A stretch of 64,000 nucleotides of DNA, from NCBI GenBank assembly GCA_966424035.1, contig CBJLMA010000009.1, positions 2,275 through 66,274 on the forward strand. The letters are read 5' to 3'. Every line of letters begins with the position of its first letter. Position 1 is the first letter of the stretch. This document shows positions 61,483 through 64,000 of this stretch, piece by piece. The notes under the pieces are model-generated. The model made no database searches and was not told where the DNA came from. It was given only the letters and a program-made list of their open reading frames with translations. Both the position numbers and the translations under genes were made by a program. Origin of the DNA: an uncultured Sphingomonas sp. (lineage in GTDB: Bacteria; Pseudomonadota; Alphaproteobacteria; Sphingomonadales; Sphingomonadaceae).

Positions 61483-63414
61483 TCAGCGCGGCGCCAGTAG
61501 CGCGTCGAGCGTGCCTTCGCCCTTGCCGACCTTCTCGAGCCGCGGATAGCGCAAGCCGCCGTGCCAATCGAGCGCGACCGTTCGATAGATATCGCCGTCA
61601 TGGACCAAGAGCTCCGGCGCTGGCCCATTGTCCGCTGCAGCCTTGATCGCGCGCTTCAGCGCGTCGCCGTCGAACTTGCGGCCGTTCACAGCGATGATTT
61701 CCGAGCCGATCGTGATCCCCGCGTTGAACGCCGCACTGTCCCACAGCACCCTGCTAACCTTGCCGTCGTTGCCGACAATAAAGCCGCCGGAATAAGTGAG
61801 GTCGTTGGTCTTCCCTTCCTTCTCGGCGCTCTTGATCCACTTGGTCGGCTCGGCGGTGAACTGGAGCTGGTACCCACCCTGGGTGATACCCTCGAGCGGC
61901 GGCTGCGCAGCAATGTCATAGACCCTGCCCTGGAAATATCCCCGCCAGTCGTAGGGCTGGACGCGGTCGAGCGTGTCGACGATCGTGTCGAACGTGTAGG
62001 TGAGCTCGCCATAATCGCGGTCGCGCACGCCGAAAAAGGCTTTGGCGAAATCATCGATCGAACGCTTGCCGCCAGATTGCTGGCGGATGATCCGGTCGAC
62101 GTCGATCCAGATCAGCTCGCCCTCGCTGTAATAATCCTCGCTGCGCTGCCAGCTGCGCCAGGGCTGCGGCGAGCGCTGTGCGATTATCGGGTCGTTGGTC
62201 GTATCGATCAGCGGACGCCAGGTGCGGCCCGGCGTTCCATAGCCGTAGCTCGCTGCGGTCGCCGCGATTGCATCAAGCGTGTCCTGCTTCGACAGCATGC
62301 CCGAGCGGGCGCCGAGGACATAACCCCAGAATTGCGTCTGGCCCTCGTAGACCCACAGCAAACTGTCCTGCATCGGCGTGCGATAATCGGGCGTCCAGAG
62401 GTCGGCGCCGCGGCGATATTTGCCGTTCCAGCTATGAGTATATTCGTGCGGCAGCAGGTTGCGGTCGCTGAGCTTATTTTCCCAGTCAGTGAAATAGCCG
62501 CGTTCGACTCCGTCTTCGGAGCTGCGGTGATGCTCGAGCCCAGAGCCGCCGAGATAGTCGGAGATGGTGAAAAGGAAATCATAATGGTCGTAATGCTGGG
62601 CTCCGAACGCCTTCACCGCCTGTTCGACCAATTTCTTGTGCGCGGCGATCTGTTCGGGCTTGGCGGCGAGCTCCTCGTCATTGTCGGCGATCACGTCCAG
62701 GGCAACGTCGGCCGAGAGGGCGATCCGGCGGAAATGCGCACCCGCGATCAGCGGCGAGTCCATGAGGATCTCGTAACTCGTAACAGGATAATCGATGCGA
62801 GCTCCGCTCGCCTTGCTCGGGCGAAGCGCAGTCGCGACCTTCCAGCCGGTCGGCACGATTACCGACGCCTGTACTGGAATGTTCCGCACATAATAGCCTG
62901 CGGGATAGAGCGAGTTTGCAATCCACTGGATGCTCGCCATGTCAGGAGTCGCAACGACACGGCCCTGGTTCTTTTCAGTGGGCGAGAGATATTGGAAGTC
63001 GACGTCGATTGCGCCAACGCCCTTGGGCACCGTTACATGGAATGCATAGACATCGAGCGTGTCGCGGACCCAGGCGAGCTCCCGCCCGTTGGCAGTGGCG
63101 CGGAAGCCCGCAATCTTGTTGATTTGTCCCGATGGCGAATGATGGCCCGGCAGCCATTTGGGATAGAGCAGAACGAAATCGCCGGCGGCCGGCACCGGCA
63201 CATGCTGATGCACACGGAAGATCCCGCGGGCGACGTCGCTTGCATCAACGGTCAATTCCATGGTGCCGGGATACGGGACATCGCGAGGTGCCAGGATCGA
63301 ATCGGTTTTTGCAGTTGCCTGCGGACGGCTGTTGAGCGCCGGAACGAGCTGGGCCGATGCTCCGCTGGCGAGGCAGGTTGATAGAACGAATGCCAATACC
63401 GCTCGGCGCATCAA
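61483..63414 (-). CDS. M61 family glycyl aminopeptidase with PDZ domain
   Basis: PKWLPG, GLEH, HEYTHSWNGK, LWVYEGQT, C-terminal PDZ. Confidence 0.93.
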   Translation of the reverse strand: MMRRAVLAFVLSTCLASGASAQLVPALNSRPQATAKTDSILAPRDVPYPGTMELTVDASDVARGIFRVHQHVPVPAAGDFVLLYPKWLPGHHSPSGQINKIAGFRATANGRELAWVRDTLDVYAFHVTVPKGVGAIDVDFQYLSPTEKNQGRVVATPDMASIQWIANSLYPAGYYVRNIPVQASVIVPTGWKVATALRPSKASGARIDYPVTSYEILMDSPLIAGAHFRRIALSADVALDVIADNDEELAAKPEQIAAHKKLVEQAVKAFGAQHYDHYDFLFTISDYLGGSGLEHHRSSEDGVERGYFTDWENKLSDRNLLPHEYTHSWNGKYRRGADLWTPDYRTPMQDSLLWVYEGQTQFWGYVLGARSGMLSKQDTLDAIAATAASYGYGTPGRTWRPLIDTTNDPIIAQRSPQPWRSWQRSEDYYSEGELIWIDVDRIIRQQSGGKRSIDDFAKAFFGVRDRDYGELTYTFDTIVDTLDRVQPYDWRGYFQGRVYDIAAQPPLEGITQGGYQLQFTAEPTKWIKSAEKEGKTNDLTYSGGFIVGNDGKVSRVLWDSAAFNAGITIGSEIIAVNGRKFDGDALKRAIKAAADNGPAPELLVHDGDIYRTVALDWHGGLRYPRLEKVGKGEGTLDALLAPR

Positions 63415-63560
63415 CGCAACTCCCTGAAAATCAACGCGGACCTTTGATTAACTGGAAATGTGATCGTGGCCACTGCTGTTTGTCGGTACCATTTGGCACT
63501 TTGTCGAAGGCCACTTCGTTGTAAGCGCCCGTTCAGATCGCCTCACTAGCGGGGTATTTC

Positions 63561-64000
63561 ATGATCAGCCGCCCCATGCTGCTCGCCAGCGCCGCCGCCC
63601 TCGTCCAAGTGTCGCCAGCGTTCGCGCAGCAGCAGACGGGGCCCGCTCCGGCAAATGCGACGCCGGCTCCGGCTCCATCGGCGCAGGTACCTGACGAAAC
63701 CGGCGAGGAGGAAGATATCGTCATCACCGGTCAGCGGGCGCGCGGCTCGGTGGTGGGCGATATTCCGCCCCAAAACACGCTCGACGCGCGAGACGTGCGC
63801 GCGACTGGGGCAACCAACATCAATGAGCTGTTGGAGGCGATTGCGCCCCAGATCGGCAGCGTTCAGGGTCGCGGCGGCGAGCAGCCGGTGCTCCTGCTCA
63901 ACGGTCAGCGCATATCCAGTTTCCGCGAGCTTCGCGATATTCCGACGGAGGCGATTGTCAGGGTCGAGATCCTGCCCGAGGAAGTCGCACTCAAATATGG
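63561..64000 (+). CDS. TonB-dependent receptor, N-terminal plug (3' truncated by window edge)
   Basis: Signal peptide, TonB-box EDIVITG, VLLLNGQR...IPTEAIVRVEILP. Confidence 0.88.
   Translation, partial: MISRPMLLASAAALVQVSPAFAQQQTGPAPANATPAPAPSAQVPDETGEEEDIVITGQRARGSVVGDIPPQNTLDARDVRATGATNINELLEAIAPQIGSVQGRGGEQPVLLLNGQRISSFRELRDIPTEAIVRVEILPEEVALKY

Noticed and set aside
63492-63510. Possible sigma-54 promoter (TGGCAC) upstream of the TonB-dependent receptor
   Set aside because: The -12 TTGC element is missing at the required spacing.

Overview
High-GC alphaproteobacterial chromosome segment. Gene order and families point to Sphingomonadaceae (inferred, not database-checked). It is mostly core genome: recQ, prs, nadE, gltX, the ribD-ribE-ribBX-ribH cluster, feoAB-ssb, bamE, kynA, dnaN-recF-gyrB, rnd-lptCAB-rpoN, rpmG, a divK-like regulator, ispG, several secreted peptidases and a tRNA-Arg(TCG). 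I see no integrase, transposase, prophage or CRISPR array. The best candidate for a new system is a three-gene minus-strand operon at 51882-56360. It encodes a TIR-membrane anchor-TPR protein with an intact catalytic Glu, a small beta-rich protein ending in a DP-I-x-NGG motif, and a SLOG + tandem SLATT (4-TM) protein. This resembles a Thoeris-like nucleotide-signalling circuit with an unusual sensor and accessory protein. The second candidate is a RibBX carrying an N-terminal XRE-like HTH, with a palindrome over its own putative promoter, suggesting protein-based autoregulation of riboflavin synthesis. Smaller observations include a Z-DNA/cruciform-prone tract upstream of gyrB, EcfG-type promoters on a Gly/His-rich repeat protein and a fasciclin gene, CtrA/GANTC-marked small genes, and an unannotated 42-aa ORF. 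All family calls come from motif recognition by eye.
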